The position numbers were made by a program, and so were the translations under genes. A stretch of DNA of 64,000 nucleotides from Octopus sinensis. Lineage: Eukaryota. Location of the stretch: the NCBI RefSeq assembly GCF_006345805.1, contig NC_043001.1, forward strand, positions 2,728,001 through 2,792,000. Direction: 5' to 3'. The notes beneath the pieces are model-generated. The model was given only the letters and a program-made list of their open reading frames with translations. It made no database searches and was not told the DNA's origin. Shown one piece after another: positions 38,521 through 54,271 of the stretch. Numbering within the stretch: the stretch's first letter is position 1; each line of letters starts with the position of its first letter.

Positions 38521-38934
38521 GTGTGTGGCTATGTGGTAAGTAGCTTGCTTACCAATCACATGGTTCTGGGTTCAGTCCCACTGCATGGCACTTTGGGCAA
38601 GTGTCTTCTACTATAGCCTCGGGCCGACTAAAGCCTTGTGACTGGATTTGGTAGACAGAAACTGAAAGAAGCCTGTTGTATATGTGTGTGTGTGTGTATG
38701 TGTGCATATGTGTGTGTGTGTGTGTGTATGTGCGTTTGTGTGTCTGTGTTTGTCAACCAATGGAGGTGTGTTTACATCCCGCGTAACTTAGCGGTTCGGC
38801 AAAAGAGATCGATAGAATAAGCACTAGGCTTACAAAGAATAAGTTCTGAGGTCAATTTGCTTGACTAAAGGTGGTGCCCCAGCATGGCCACAGTCAAATG
38901 ACTGAAACAAGTAAAAGAGTAAAGAGTAAAGAGT
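38521..38934 (+). mobile_element. SINE family A, full-length copy
   Basis: Head, core, internal (TG)n and (AAAGAGT)n tail. Confidence 0.9.
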
Positions 38935-39847
38935 ACTATAAAAAGGCAGGATATGTATAAAAGTGTATTCATCATGTAATAACAATTTCAGTGTATAAAA
39001 AATTATTTTGACTGTCTGCACCAATATTCATGCTACACAATACAATTATAGATTTACAATTCAGAGCAAACAAAGAAATCTAGCCCATTAGATCACCAAA
39101 ATATCATGGTTACATCAGTGCTTCAGATCTGATGAGCTGGCCTCCTATATCTGCATTGATTTGTAAGTTTACGATTGTTATTGTGCAATGCTCTGCATGC
39201 ATGTTGGTGCAGGCAAGTGAAATAATTTATGAAACATTGAAATTATTATTACATGATGAAGGCTGCAAAACATAATCTTAAGGATATCAGGTGGTTAAAT
39301 AGATATATTCACCTCTCATACCGCCTGACTTTTTATGGTTAATATACTTAAAGATATATATGTATGTATACAAATACAAATGCATATATGTGTGTGAGAG
39401 AGAGAGTGTGCGTGTGTATGTGTGCATGAGTGCGTGTGCGTGAATCTGTCTATCCATCTATCTATCTATTTATCTATATTACTGACATCATTAGAATTCA
39501 TGAATTTTTAGAGAAAATTAAATGGTTCTTTTTTGGGAATAGCAGATCACAACGTAGAAGATAAAGCTAAAGATAATGGCAAGGGATGTTGATTCGTGTC
39601 CCAAAGGCTTCTTCTAGACACTAGGGTTTCTCAGCCAAATGTTTACATGCTGATATTCATAACTTTATAATCTGCTTCAAGATCTACTATTCCAACATGT
39701 GTGTGTGTGTGCATGTGTGTGGTATGTGTGCATGTGTGTGTGTATGTATGTGTGTGTATGTGTGTGGTGTGTGTGTATGTGTGTGGTGTGTATGCATGTG
39801 GTGTGGTGTGTGTGTGTGTGCCAGCTCATTGCCTTCATAATAATAAT

Positions 39848-40060
39848 CTTTTCTACTCTAGGCACAAGGCCTGAAATTTTGGGGAAGGGAGCCAGTCGAT
39901 TAGATCAACCCCAGTACATGACTGGTACTGAATTTATTGCTCCCAGAAGGATAAAATGCAAAGACAACTTCAGTAGAGTTTGAACCCAGAACTGAAAGAC
40001 AGACAAAACACCACGAATCATTTTCCCCAGCATGCTAATGACTCTGCCAGCTCACCGCCT
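39848..40060 (-). mobile_element. SINE family B copy
   Basis: CTAGGCACAAGGCCTGAAATT tail and CTGCCAGCTCACCGCC head on +. Confidence 0.85.
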
Positions 40061-40072
40061 TCTTCTTCATAA

Positions 40073-40107
<35 letters not shown>

Positions 40108-40562
40108 TCAATGAGATTGATTGACAAAAATGCTTGAAATTTCTGTGTCAGCAGTAATCTTGTAAAATTGAATTTAATGTATTCGAGTTTTCGGTACGAA
40201 GCTTTATTGGAATTAATGCTGATTAGCAGTCTTTGTGATATCTGACTTGAAGGAAAAGTCAGAAAAAATAAAAGACAAAAACCAATGAAGAATACATTAT
40301 TCTGGTGAATCCGTACTATTTATTTAGAAAATCTAAATCCAAATGTATTATTATTTTGCTCTGATTCTACGAATCTGATTTTTTTTTTCTTTCTTTCTTT
40401 CTTTCTTTCTCGTCTTCTTTTATGCCACACTCCATCTGCAATTTGTTTTTATTCTTCGTATGTTCGTTTCTTAGCAATTCTCTTTTTTCCAAGAATTTTC
40501 AATAAATTACAGAAATTGTTCAAAGTATTGATTTCTTCTTCCCCTCTCTGTCTATCCGTCTG

Positions 40563-40599
<37 letters not shown>

Positions 40600-41209
40600 C
40601 TCTTTATTTTAGCAGAAACAAGATTTGTTTAACATTTTCTTTTGTTCTTTTTTGTCTTACATTGAAAGAATGTGTGTTTCCTTGAATATACTTCTGGAAT
40701 CTCTCCTCTTCATGTGCCACACCTGTATAACAGACAGCAGCAATCACAGACCTTCATTCCAAAGTCTGGGTATTCCCAATATTTCTTGGTCAACATACAA
40801 AAGTGCAGTTTACCCTGTTAGTCACCTGCTTATACAATTACCATTGGGACACAGGGCCTACTTTTAACCCCTAGACAGGAGCACTGGCTCATGGGATACA
40901 AGGGCATGTCCCTACCATTGGAATAAATGTCAGAAGCCAGACCTTAGCTTAATACTGTAGGCCCCTAAGTACAGGACCTTCTTCAATTTGACCCATAATT
41001 GCTGCTCTTAACAGGTACTAGCACCTCAAGTCAAAGAGAATCTGAAAATAGTGGGGAGTAATGGTTAATTCCATAAAATGGTGTCTGCTCCACAGAAAAT
41101 GCCAATGGTTGCTCATTCATGGTTTTCTGACAAGAGGTCATTACCAATGACCTTTGTAGGCCCAACTTGACCTATGGAGTTGATATAGTTCCGTCAATAA
41201 TATACATAT

Positions 41210-41240
41210 TTATCTGTCTGTCTGTCAGTCTATCTGTCTT

Positions 41241-41294
<54 letters not shown>

Positions 41295-41338
41295 CCTACC
41301 TACCTACCTACCTACCTACCTACCTACCTACCTACCTG

Positions 41339-41410
<72 letters not shown>

Positions 41411-41427
41411 ATCTATCTATCTATATA

Positions 41428-41461
<34 letters not shown>

Positions 41462-41662
41462 TGTCTGTCTGTCTATCGATTTGTCTGTCTGTCTATCTAT
41501 CTATCTATTTAGCTCTATTTATCTCTGACTGACTATCTATCTATCTATCTGTCTGTCTATCTATCTATCTGTCTATCTAGCCAGCTATCTTCTGTCTGTC
41601 TAACTTCCTGTCTATCTATCTATCTATCTTTCTATCTATCTATCTATCTCTATCTATCTATG

Positions 41663-41736
<74 letters not shown>

Positions 41737-41745
41737 CCTATCTAT
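41210..41745. repeat. (TCTG/TCTA/CCTA)n microsatellite
   Basis: Direct inspection. Confidence 0.96.
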
Positions 41746-42024
41746 CTCTTCCTCCTCCTCATCTTCATTGCCATTTAATCTGTTTTCCATGCTCGTATGG
41801 CTAGGATGGTTTGAAAGAGGGTTTGGTAAGTCAGAAGACAGCACTATGTGCTGCTGTTTTATTTTGGCATGGTTACTGTGAGTGGATGCTGCCCTTTCCA
41901 GCACCCACCACTTTACAGAATACATCGGGTGTGTTTGTTTTGTGTGACACTAACAGTTGTGAGGTCATCAAGAGATCATGCCCCATACAGTTTAAAATGA
42001 TAACCTTGTCAGGGTCACCTAACT

Positions 42025-42258
42025 GGCTCTGTGCTGGTGGCACACAAAAAAGCATTTGGGTTAAGTCCAATGTTAAGTACCCTCTACACTCTTGGAGTGG
42101 TTGGCATTCGGAAGGGCATCCAGCTGTAGAAACATTGCCAGAGCAGATTGGAGCCTGGTGCAGCCACCTGGCTTATCAGTCCTCAGTCAAACCGTCCAAC
42201 CCATGCCAGCATGGAAAACGGACGTTAAACGATGAGGATGGTGATGATGATGATGATG
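42025..42258 (+). mobile_element. RTE 3' tail
   Basis: GGAAGGGCATCCAGCTGTAGAAAC...GGACGTTAAACGATG. Confidence 0.85.
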
Positions 42259-42584
42259 AATACTTAACATTGGATTTGACCCAAATGCTTTAAATTATAA
42301 ATTACTAAGGGGCCACAATCGAAATGAATGTAGGTCTTTTGAGGTTTTTTTTTGTACGTTTAAAATTTATTTGTATTCAAATTTTAACTTGAAACTGCAA
42401 TACAAATATATTAACTATACACCCTCAACTCTTACCTTATTATTAATAATACTACACATTGTAGAGATTTTCTTCTAATGTGATGGAGATTAAACCAGTG
42501 AAATTTTGGATTAACTAATCCTTAATGAAGACACAACATCCTTGAAATGACTGTATGTATAAATATATATATATATATATATAT

Positions 42585-43248
42585 CATCATCATCATCATC
42601 ATCATCATCATCGTTTAACATCCCTTTTCCATGCTAGCATGGGTTGGATAGTTTGACCAGGAAGCCAGGAGGCTGCACCAGGCTCCAGTCTGATCTGGCA
42701 GTGTTTCTACAGCTGGATACCCTTCGTAATGCCAACCACTACGTGAGTGTAGTGGGTGCTTTATACGTGCCACCGGCACAGGTACCAGGGGTGGCTGGCA
42801 ATGGCCACGATCGGTTGGTGCATTTTACGTGCCACCAGCACAGGTATCACAACTACAATTTCCATTTGATTTTTTGATGCTGATGTACTTGTCTCAATAG
42901 GTCTCCTCAAGCACAGCAGGCCGTCCTGCAATCCAAGGTACTTTGGATGGGCTGGGGCTCCTATGTGAAGCTGGTGCAGGAAACAGCCATGAACTCACGT
43001 TATTTGTTGGGTCTTCGCAGTCACAGCATATCTCCAGAGATCTTGGTCTTTCGTAATTGCCTCTGTGAGGCCCAATATTCGAAGGTCATGCTTGACCACC
43101 TCATCCTTTGTCTTCCTGGGTCTACCTCTACCCCGGATTCCTTCAACTGTTTGGGAGTGACACTTCTTCACACATCTCTCCTCATTCATCCGTAGTACAT
43201 GACCATACCATCACAGACGTCTCTCTTGCACGCCACATCCAATGCTCA
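42585..43248 (-). mobile_element. Truncated RTE LINE (ORF2 end plus 3'UTR)
   Basis: MNEERCVKKCHSQTVEGIRGRGRPRKT...DLWRYAV plus the family tail. Confidence 0.88.
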
Positions 43249-43418
43249 TTTGTATAAAAAGAAGAAACAAACTTGTACTTATATAATTAAATCTGCACTT
43301 GGTAAGTATGTAGCTTTGAACAAATATTACAGACATGTCAGAGTTAAGATGCACTAAACAAACTGTGTCAATAAGAATCGTTTCATTAATATTAATAATG
43401 CAAAGGGGAAAATGTCAA

Positions 43419-43641
43419 CCCTTTAGCATTCAGCTTTCCCTGACAAATATAATGCTTATCTATTTATATTGATGTGGGTTAATCGTGCATTGCTGCAGAG
43501 CTTTGAGATTTTAATGACATGATAATTTACGATTGGAATAATATTGTGGGCTATGTGTGAGATGACAGATCTGGCTAATTTGAAGGTAAATCAGGTAAAT
43601 TATTTTGGCCAGGAAATATGGCCAGTTTAAATGCTAAAGGG
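43419..43641. mobile_element. piggyBac-type MITE
   Basis: Perfect 12-bp TIR CCCTTTAGCATT / AATGCTAAAGGG with degenerate TTAA flanks (TCAA, ATAA). Confidence 0.78.
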
Positions 43642-44320
43642 ATAAACATACTTCCCACCAAATTCCTAATACTCCATGTATTTGGAAACATCATTTTTAA
43701 TTCTACAAAATCAAAATAGGAAAAGCATTAAAAGAATCCCTACCATCACTGTAACACAATAGGGTAGTTTGTAGTCACCTTTATCAGTATGCTACAATTA
43801 AAGTCTTCATGAAACTATACCCTACGAAATGTTCTCAAGTTCATTGAACACACTAATCTAATGAACCAACTTTCGGAAGCTTTTCTTATACACTCATCAT
43901 CCACGTATGTCATTAAATGTCTATGTGGTGAAATTTCTGTAAGGTAAAATTTATAGCCAAATTCACAACCCACTTTTGACTCTATACTGAAACGGTTTTT
44001 GGGTGCCACAAATACTTTTATAAAACTCAAGACCATTCCAACGCCACACACTTATTGTTTTAGAGGGAATCAAAATTATTTCTACAGGTTTTTGCCATGT
44101 AAGGTGCACATAAAACTGAGTGGTTCGCTATGTAGTTAAATGGAAGAAGGGAGATAAGTACGGATTTTAGTAAAACCCAGAAAAGGTTAATTTTAGGAAT
44201 AACTGAAGAAAAAGGTAATAGCAAGATATTTTTTTATGCCAACGAAAATTATCAATGTGTTGTTTGCTTATTTATATTAATTTTACATATGTATATATAT
44301 ATGTGTATATGTATATGTAA

Positions 44321-44356
<36 letters not shown>

Positions 44357-44634
44357 AGGAGGTACTGCAAATTTAGAGTGAATACTTGATAAGTGTAAGC
44401 ACCTGTATATGCCAAATAGTGGCAGAGGTGAGAGAATATATCAAACATAAATTTGTGTTCTGTTTTTAATTTATGTTTGATATATATATATATATATATA
44501 CATACACACACATACGTATATACATATATGTATAGTAAATCCAACGAAATGAAGAATAATGCAAAAAAAGCAGTAATGCTAGGACGTGGTACATGTAAAG
44601 TATTTGCAGACATTCATGGAAGGAAAGAAAGGTG

Positions 44635-44669
44635 GTTTTATGTTTCGAGCAAAGCTCTTCTTCCGAAAC
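44635..44669 (-). ncRNA. Degenerate minimal type I hammerhead-ribozyme motif
   Basis: GUUU-CGGAAGA-A-GAGC(UUU)GCUC-GAAAC-AUA-AAAC; stems I and II pair, U4 is replaced by G and the stem III palindrome is broken. Confidence 0.5.
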
Positions 44670-45179
44670 AGGAAAGTCAAAATAGAAAAGGAAGTTGAAA
44701 GAAAAAAAAGATGCTAATGATTCACATGAGCTTACAGTTTGAAAAAATGTATGTATATAGATATATATATATGTGTATATAGATATATATATGTATATCT
44801 GTCTGTGTATGTATGTATATATCTAGATGTACGTATGTATATTGATATACAAGAGTAAGATCCAGGGATTTCTGTGTAGGAAATTTGTAACTTCAAGCAG
44901 TCCATGGCAGGTACAGAGAAGAAGAATTGGATGTGAGCTAAAAGAAACAATAAAGATTTACGGGAATCGAAAGTTACCCCTATTTTCTCATATTGAAGTT
45001 AGAAGGAAATCCAATCAGGTGAAACTTTCTACACAGCTCACAGTTAGCAGCTAGATTTGCTAAAGAGGCAAGTAAAAGTTCAAATTAAAGGAGCAGAAAG
45101 GGTGAAATGCAGGCTACATACGTGCGTTATCTAGCTTATCCTCTGATGTGATAATTATTCAATGAGGGGTGCTCATTGA

Positions 45180-45400
45180 ATGTACATACATACATGCATA
45201 CGTACATACATACATACATACATACATACATACATAAGTATGTACATACATACATGCATACATGCATAAGTATGTACATACATACATGCTTACGTACGTA
45301 TATATACATACATAAGTATGTGCATACATACATACATACAAACATAAATACATATATACATACTTCCATACATACGTACATGCATACATAGATACATACA
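45180..45400. repeat. (TACA)n microsatellite
   Basis: Direct inspection. Confidence 0.95.
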
Positions 45401-46028
45401 TAAAAAGCTCATTCCAGAGTTTGTCTACTGCTTCCTCTCACAAAGCACTGGTTGGTCCAGGACTGCAGTAGAAGACATTTTGCAAAGATGCCAAGCCATA
45501 GAACTGAACTCAAAGCCATATGTTGCGAAGTAACCATCTTTCCACAGAACTCTGCAGTGGCACCGTCTGATGTTTGATGCTGTATTGAGAAAAAGAGAGA
45601 AGAATGAGAGAAATAAAAGACCCAAATATTACATTTCAATTTAGCCTTTCTAGTTTTAGAATACAGTATCCTTAGAAAAATGGTTTGTTCTGTATTTTCG
45701 TAATTTTGAAACCTTTGATGTAAACTTTTCTGATTATTTATGGAGTAGCCATGACTTACTCTCTATTTCCAGAGGCATTTTAAAGGCACCTAGTATGCCC
45801 TGCAGAATTCATGGTTGGTATGTTGCTTTTGGTTTTGGGAAAGACTTCCAGCTGTAGTAATCATGGAAAAGAAATACAGCATAAGAGAGATGAGGCACCC
45901 TGGTCAGTCTGGATGGAGGGTACCTTCCAAATAGATGCAGACACAGATAGCATCAACTCATAAAATGCATGGCAGGGTGGAAAACAAACATGAAACAATG
46001 ATGGTGATGAGGAGGATAATGGCAGTGT

Positions 46029-46064
<36 letters not shown>

Positions 46065-46799
46065 CAATGATGACGACGACGATGATCATAAGAATGACGA
46101 TGACGATGACGATGACGATGATGAGGATGGTAATGATGATGATGACGATGATGATGATGATAAAGGTAATGATGGTTTTCCTTCAAGTCAGATGCCATGA
46201 AGTCCAATAATCTTTTCTTTTGGATGTACTTAGCAAAAAAAAAAAAAAATACATAAGATGGATATGAGGCAAGTTGTTACTTGGCATCTGTCTTATGAAA
46301 CCAAGGATGATCTGGAGAAAGAGGAGGGTGGTTACACAGGAACTAAATTTCTGCCATCATTTCTTCTTTGAATAGTTTCAATATTACTGATGCTCTATTG
46401 TACATTGTTCACCTGCATATCAAGGCAATCGAAGGTAAATTAAACCTGGAATTGTATTGAGTCAGGTCTTTGATCCAGCAGCAGAATATAATAATTAAAG
46501 AGAGAACTTCCATAAATCTCAAAGTAATCCATTTGGAGATTATTCTGGGAATCTGACAATATACTCACTACTTTCTCTCCTATAGCTTTAAACGTCATCC
46601 CAATATATATATATATATATACACATACATACATGCCTACATATACACACATATAAAAAGGAAGAGATAGAAATAGATAGATACATAGAGATATATAGAT
46701 ATGTGTGTGTCTATGTATATAAATGTATATTATAATGTAAACATATATGAATATATATATATATGTATTATATATAAATATATATATATGTATTATATA

Positions 46800-48350
<1,551 letters not shown>

Positions 48351-50029
48351 CACATATATATTAATATATCTATATTTCTGTCTACATATATATGTGTGTG
48401 TGTGTGTGTGTGCGTGTGTACAAGTTAAGAAGTGAATCTCTTGACTCTGCTGATGTCATACAATATACGCATCCTTAAAGATACAATATAAACAACTTCC
48501 TTTCTCGTAAAAGACTAATTTCCTTTGAATTAGACATGTCAATTTTCTTTCTCTTTCTTTCATTTTCAATAGAATTTCTCTCCTGTCATTTTTTGGTTTC
48601 TTTTTATTCCAAGAAATATTGAAGAATAATGTAAATATGCTTGGGATGTTCTTTTGTACCATTTTCTTTTCATCTCTAAGTAATTTCCAATCTCTCTCAA
48701 CCAAAATTATTGAAAATGAATTAACTTTTATTTCTTAATATATAGTTTTCAGATTTGACATCAATTTTAAGTTAATGATTTTCTAATTACTTTCCCATAA
48801 ATACTTTAGTATCTTGATGGTACGCAGCCAGTTTGGTGTCAACTAGAGTAACCTTGGATATCTCCAGGCTATTTATTCATCATTTGCTTTATGTAAGTAA
48901 GCATCTCATAGGATATTCAACTAAAATCTTATTTAATTAATAACTCATCTCATAACGAGTGACATCCAAGCGACAGAGTCACTCAAACGAGCAGAGTGGT
49001 TAAACGATTCACTTTGTAAGCACAGAGTTCTAGGTTCTAGTCTCCTATTCAGGGGTTCTACTACAGCCTAATACTGAGAGGGATCTGCTATACACACTCA
49101 GAGTCAATTAAAAAAAACAGAGGTAAAGAAAATAGGCACACACACACACACACACACATATAAATAAACTGTGTAGAAATGCAACATACACATACACACA
49201 AACATACGTAAATACATACATACATACACATTCATACATATATACACACATACATAAAACCATAAATATACACATACATGCATGCATGCATACAAGCTCT
49301 AGTATGCTTTTTAAGGAGGAATTGTTTCCAAAAGGAAAGCCTGCAGAATGAGAAGCAAGTCGTGTGAAAGGCCAAAGGACCTCAGTAGATTCAAGGGGCC
49401 TCCAGCAACAGGAAGCGAGAGATCACAAGTCTTTATTTAGACATCTCTCTAGGAGAATGAATACCTTGATGTAACACCTGCGAGTTTGTAACCTGAGCAA
49501 TTAGAAGCTAAAGTCAACTGACTTTGTACTTTCTGCCCCATTTGGGGTCCTTGACGATTGGCAGAAATGTTACAGCATTGAGCAAAACATGTTGTGAGAA
49601 TGTTCTTGTTCTTTGCATTCTCAGATGAAATCCCCTGATGGGCAACTTTGCCTTTTCCTTTTCCATTTCAAGGTTGGTAACAGAGGGACCATTCAGCGAG
49701 TGAGGCCCTTCAAGACTGCTGGTTTTGACCTAAATTAAAAACAATTAATATTATTATTAATATTTTTGTTTTGTAATTTGGTGAACTGGCAAAATTGTTA
49801 CCTGTGCCAGAGAAATGTTTTGTGGCATTTCACCTGACTGGACATTCTAAGTGCATCTGCCACCAGGGTTGACTTAGCCTTTCATCCTTTCAGGGTCAAA
49901 TAAAATAAATACCAGCTGAACACAGGAAGGGGTCAATGTAGTTGACTTACCCACTCCCCTAAAATTGCGGGCCCTGTGCCAAAATCTGAACCCAATATTA
50001 TTATTATGTTTTCATAGCTGTTATTATAG

Positions 50030-50600
50030 CAATCCCTCGACTGTCGTGGGTGTGACACCCTGCGCTAAGTGAAAATCCACAAAGTAGAAACACTACTGTA
50101 TTGTATATATTTTTTATCATTTTTATAATTTGTATATATTCATTTTATTATAAATGCAAAACACCACCACACACTCACCTCCCGAGTTTCGTTTCCCATA
50201 CAGTATCTGCGATTCTTTGTATAATCATCTACGGTATACAACGTATTTTCTTTTAATATATTTTAATTAACGTGTTATACAGTGCAGTCCTGTACTCTAT
50301 ATTAATTTATTAATTTATAAATTTTTGTGCATGAAAATGCTTATTTCATTGCAGAAATAATTAAAACCTAAAAAGATATAAATACCTATCAGCTGCAGAA
50401 ACCCATGGTTTTCTGAGGAGTCTGTGATATAAATTTATGTATGTTAGCTAGAAGAATCTGCAAAGTATTGATGGCACGATAGGTGAACTGCGATATGGCG
50501 AGGGATTACTATCCTTTGTTTATATGAGGTGTATTCAGCTTCACTCAGAGACCTCAATATTATACATGTCCCTGAGACTGTTCTTTATGTCTAATTATCA
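50030..50600 (+). mobile_element. Possible pogo/Tigger-like DNA transposon remnant
   Basis: Starts AGCAATCCCTCGACTGTCGTGGG...GTGAAAATCCAC, resembling Tigger-type termini; no matching right TIR seen. Confidence 0.35.
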
Positions 50601-51589
50601 TTCATCCAATTTACCTTTCTCAGGTGATTGTTTCAAAAGTAGCAGGAGTACTTCCACTGTATGATGATGTCAGATAGCCAGCAACTGGAGACAAGCTTTG
50701 CATTGCATTCCACAAGATTTTTACCTAAATCATATTTAACTACATATACATACATATGTGTGTTTGTGTGTGTATGTCTGGGTGTGTATCTTGTGTTTTG
50801 GAGGTCATTACACCAATAATAACACATACACTGGTTCAATGCCACTTCTTTATTGTTACTCAATTGCTTAAATATTTAATCAACTAACTAATTGATTGTC
50901 TTTTTTTTTTAATGTGTTGGTTAAACAATCAATCGGTTGTTTGTTAGTCAAAGTCCCTTCATCATTATTCATGACCCTCTCGGTCACAGCCCTCTCTCCT
51001 CAAAATCTGCTCCGAGTCACAAAGAAGATCTTCGAGGTGGGCCTCAAAGGCACATCAAAATTTCTTTCAACACATGCATTCCCATCAAGAATCTTACAAA
51101 CCAAACAAAACATGTATGTATAAATCTCTGCATTTCTGTAATATTTATCATTTCATCAGCAGTACATGTTGTTGTTGTTGTTGTTGATGATGTTGATGTT
51201 GTTGTTGTTGATGTTGTGGCTTGTAGAAAGTTTCATTTTATTCCATTTCAATATTTGCAGGTGTTGAGTTTCAAGTTAATCATTACAAAATCTGACACAG
51301 CTGTAAATTCAAATGCACTCAGCTCTGAAATTGAGTAAATTTATTTGTAATTGCTAATTACATCCTGATTTTATTTCATTATCCGTTCTCCATTATGCTT
51401 TTTATTTGTATTTTGGACTTGTTGTTGTTGATGTTGTTGTTGTTAGAGATTTTTTTTTTTTGCTTGCTAGATTTGTTATTTTTATCTTATTTTTGTTTAC
51501 ATTTTTTATTTATTTTAATTTTTATTTATATTTATTTTCCAAGTAAAAATATTTACATCTTTATTTTTGTCTTCTTTCTTACTTTTTAC

Positions 51590-51595
51590 TCTCTG

Positions 51596-51641
<46 letters not shown>

Positions 51642-51692
51642 AACTACCTATCTCTCACCTATCTCTCACTTTGTTTCCCTCTCTATGCAAAA

Positions 51693-51742
<50 letters not shown>

Positions 51743-51818
51743 GCTGCTGCTACTACAACTACTACTACAACTACTGCTGCTGCTGCTGCTACTACTACTA
51801 CTACTACTACTACAACTA

Positions 51819-51863
<45 letters not shown>

Positions 51864-51887
51864 CTACTGCTGTTGCTGCTGCTGCTG

Positions 51888-51929
<42 letters not shown>

Positions 51930-51970
51930 TTTAAGTTGTAGCAGTAGCAGCAGCAGCAGCAGTAGTAGTT
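51590..51970. repeat. (TC)n and (CTA/CTG)n microsatellite
   Basis: Direct inspection. Confidence 0.96.
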
Positions 51971-52515
51971 ATTGCTTGGTAAGAAAGAGAAAGAGTGGGA
52001 ATAAGAGGGAGAGGGTGGTGGAGGAATAAAACATTGCTAAATGGAAGAAATAATATTTGGTTTAAAGGGGAGTGAAGGGGTTATTTGAGGGAGGTATTGG
52101 CTGCTATTTTGCAGAGACTGAGTAGCCATTTAGAGGTTATCACATCATCTCTTTCTGCCTTCTTTTAGTGTTTGAGTCCAAAAATTAGAAATTAGTGCAG
52201 ATGGGTGTGTGTGTGTTTGTACTTGTGTGTATATGTACTTGCATGCATGTATGTGTGTGTGTGTGATTGATTGCATCGATCTAAGTTAGTCAATCATTTG
52301 TCTTTAATTAAATTCTATGTAAATGAGATAGATAAATTGGATGAAGTGTGAGAATGGCTGCTCAAAGACGTTCATCTTGAAATGCACTGCACACATTTCA
52401 TGGATAATGAGTTCAACTACATTGCGCATATTTTATAAATGTTGATTTCAAAACCCCTGAATAGATAACAGAGATGCTGTGCTTAATCCAATGCATATAT
52501 TTGTAGTTGCGATAC

Positions 52516-53066
52516 CTGTGCCGGTGGCATGTAAAAAGCACCATCCGAACGTGGCCGATGCCAGCACCACCTTGACTGGCTTCTGTGCCGGTGGCACGTA
52601 AAAAGCACCATCCGAACGTGGTCGATGCCAGCACCACCTTGACTGGCTTCTGTGCTGGTGGCACGTAAAAAGCACCATCAGAACGTGGTCGATGCCAGCA
52701 CTGCCTCGACTGGCTTCTGTGCTGGTGGCACGTAAAAAGCACCATCCGAACGTGGCCAATGCCAGCACCGCCTCGACTGGCTTCTGTGCCAGTGGCACGT
52801 AAAAAGCACCATCCGAACGTGGCCGATGCCAGCACTGCCTCGACTGGCTTCTGTGCCGGTGGCACGTAAAAAGCACCATCCGAACGTGGCCGATGCCAGC
52901 ACTGCCTCGACTGGCTTCTGTGCCGGTGGCACGTAAAAAGCACCATCCGAACGTGGCCGATGCCAGCACTGCCTCGACTGGCTTCTGTGCTGGTGGCATG
53001 TAAAAAGCACCATCCGAACGTGGCCGATGCCAGCACTGCCTCGACTGGCTTCTGTGCCGGTGGCAC
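52516..53066 (+). repeat. 67-bp tandem array (8 copies plus partial) derived from the RTE 3'UTR
   Basis: GTGGCA(C/T) anchor at 52524, 52591, 52658, 52725, 52792, 52859, 52926, 52993 and 53060. Confidence 0.95.
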
Positions 53067-53463
53067 ATTACCTGCTGTGCTTGAGGAGACCTATTGAGTC
53101 GAGTACATCAACATCAAAATAAATATCAAATGGAAATCATAGTTGTGATACCTGTGCCGGTGGAATGTAAAAAGCACCATCCGAATGTGACTGATGCCAG
53201 CGCCGCCTTGACTGGCTTCTGTGCTGGTGGCACGTAAAAAGCACCAACTGATCATGGCCACTGCCAGCCTCCCCTGGCACGTAAAAAGCACCCACTACAC
53301 TCACGGAGTGTTTGGCATTAGGAAGGGCATCCAGCTGTAGAAGCACTGCCAGATCAGATTGGAGCCTGGTGCAGCCTCCTGGCTTCCCAGGCCCCGGTCG
53401 AAACCGTCCAGCCCGTGCTAGCACGGAAAACGGACGTTAAACGATGATGATGATGATGATGAT
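53067..53463 (+). mobile_element. RTE 3'UTR and (GAT)n tail
   Basis: Homologous to the reverse complement of 5321-5640 and 42585-42910. Confidence 0.9.
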
Positions 53464-53657
53464 GTTAATTTCTATTCCACTCTACTCTTTCCATGGATGT
53501 TGATTCCAAATGCTGTTACATATTTCATGCATATTAATTTCAAATCCACTCACACATTTCATAAGTGATAATTCCAGATTTATTATCCACATGATAATCC
53601 CCAGTCTGTCAAATTTTTCTTGGATTTAACTCCCTTGCCTCTTCCACATAATCCTAT

Positions 53658-54031
53658 ACTTGTTTCAGTCATTGGACTGTGGCCATGCTGGGGCACTGCC
53701 TTGAAGAATTTTAGTCAAAAGATCGACCCCAAGACTTATTATTATTTTGGTAAAGCTTGACATTTATTATATCTGTCTCTTTTGCTGAACCTCTAAGTTA
53801 TGGGGACATAAACACACCAACACCGGTTGTCAGGCAGTGGTGGGCACAAGCATATGCATAAAGACACACACACATACGACAAGCTTCTTTCATCTTCAGT
53901 CTACTAAATCCACTCAAATCTACTTTGCTCAGCCCAGGGCTATCGTAGACGACACTTGCCCAAGGTGCCACACAGTGGGACTGAACCTAGAACCATATGG
54001 TTGGGAAGCAAACTTCTTACCACACAGCCAT
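53658..54031 (-). mobile_element. SINE family A, full-length copy
   Basis: Tail, core and head motifs present. Confidence 0.87.
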
Positions 54032-54271
54032 GAGTTGAGAAACAGAAGTTAAACGCTTAGTGGCATTTCATCTGTCTTCAGGTTCTGAGCTCAAATCCTG
54101 CCAAAGTCAGCTTTGCTTTCATCCTTTAGGGGTCAATAAAATAAGATACCAGTTGTGTACTGGGGTTGATGTAAATGATTTCTCCCTCCTTCTCCTGCAA
54201 TCACACCAAAATATGAAATCAATATCTGAATGCTGAAAGGTTAATATAACAAAAATGTAGACAACGGACAC

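Noticed and set aside
52516-53066. CRISPR-like regular array
   Set aside because: There are no unique spacers. The whole 67-bp unit repeats and derives from the RTE 3'UTR; context is eukaryotic with no cas genes.
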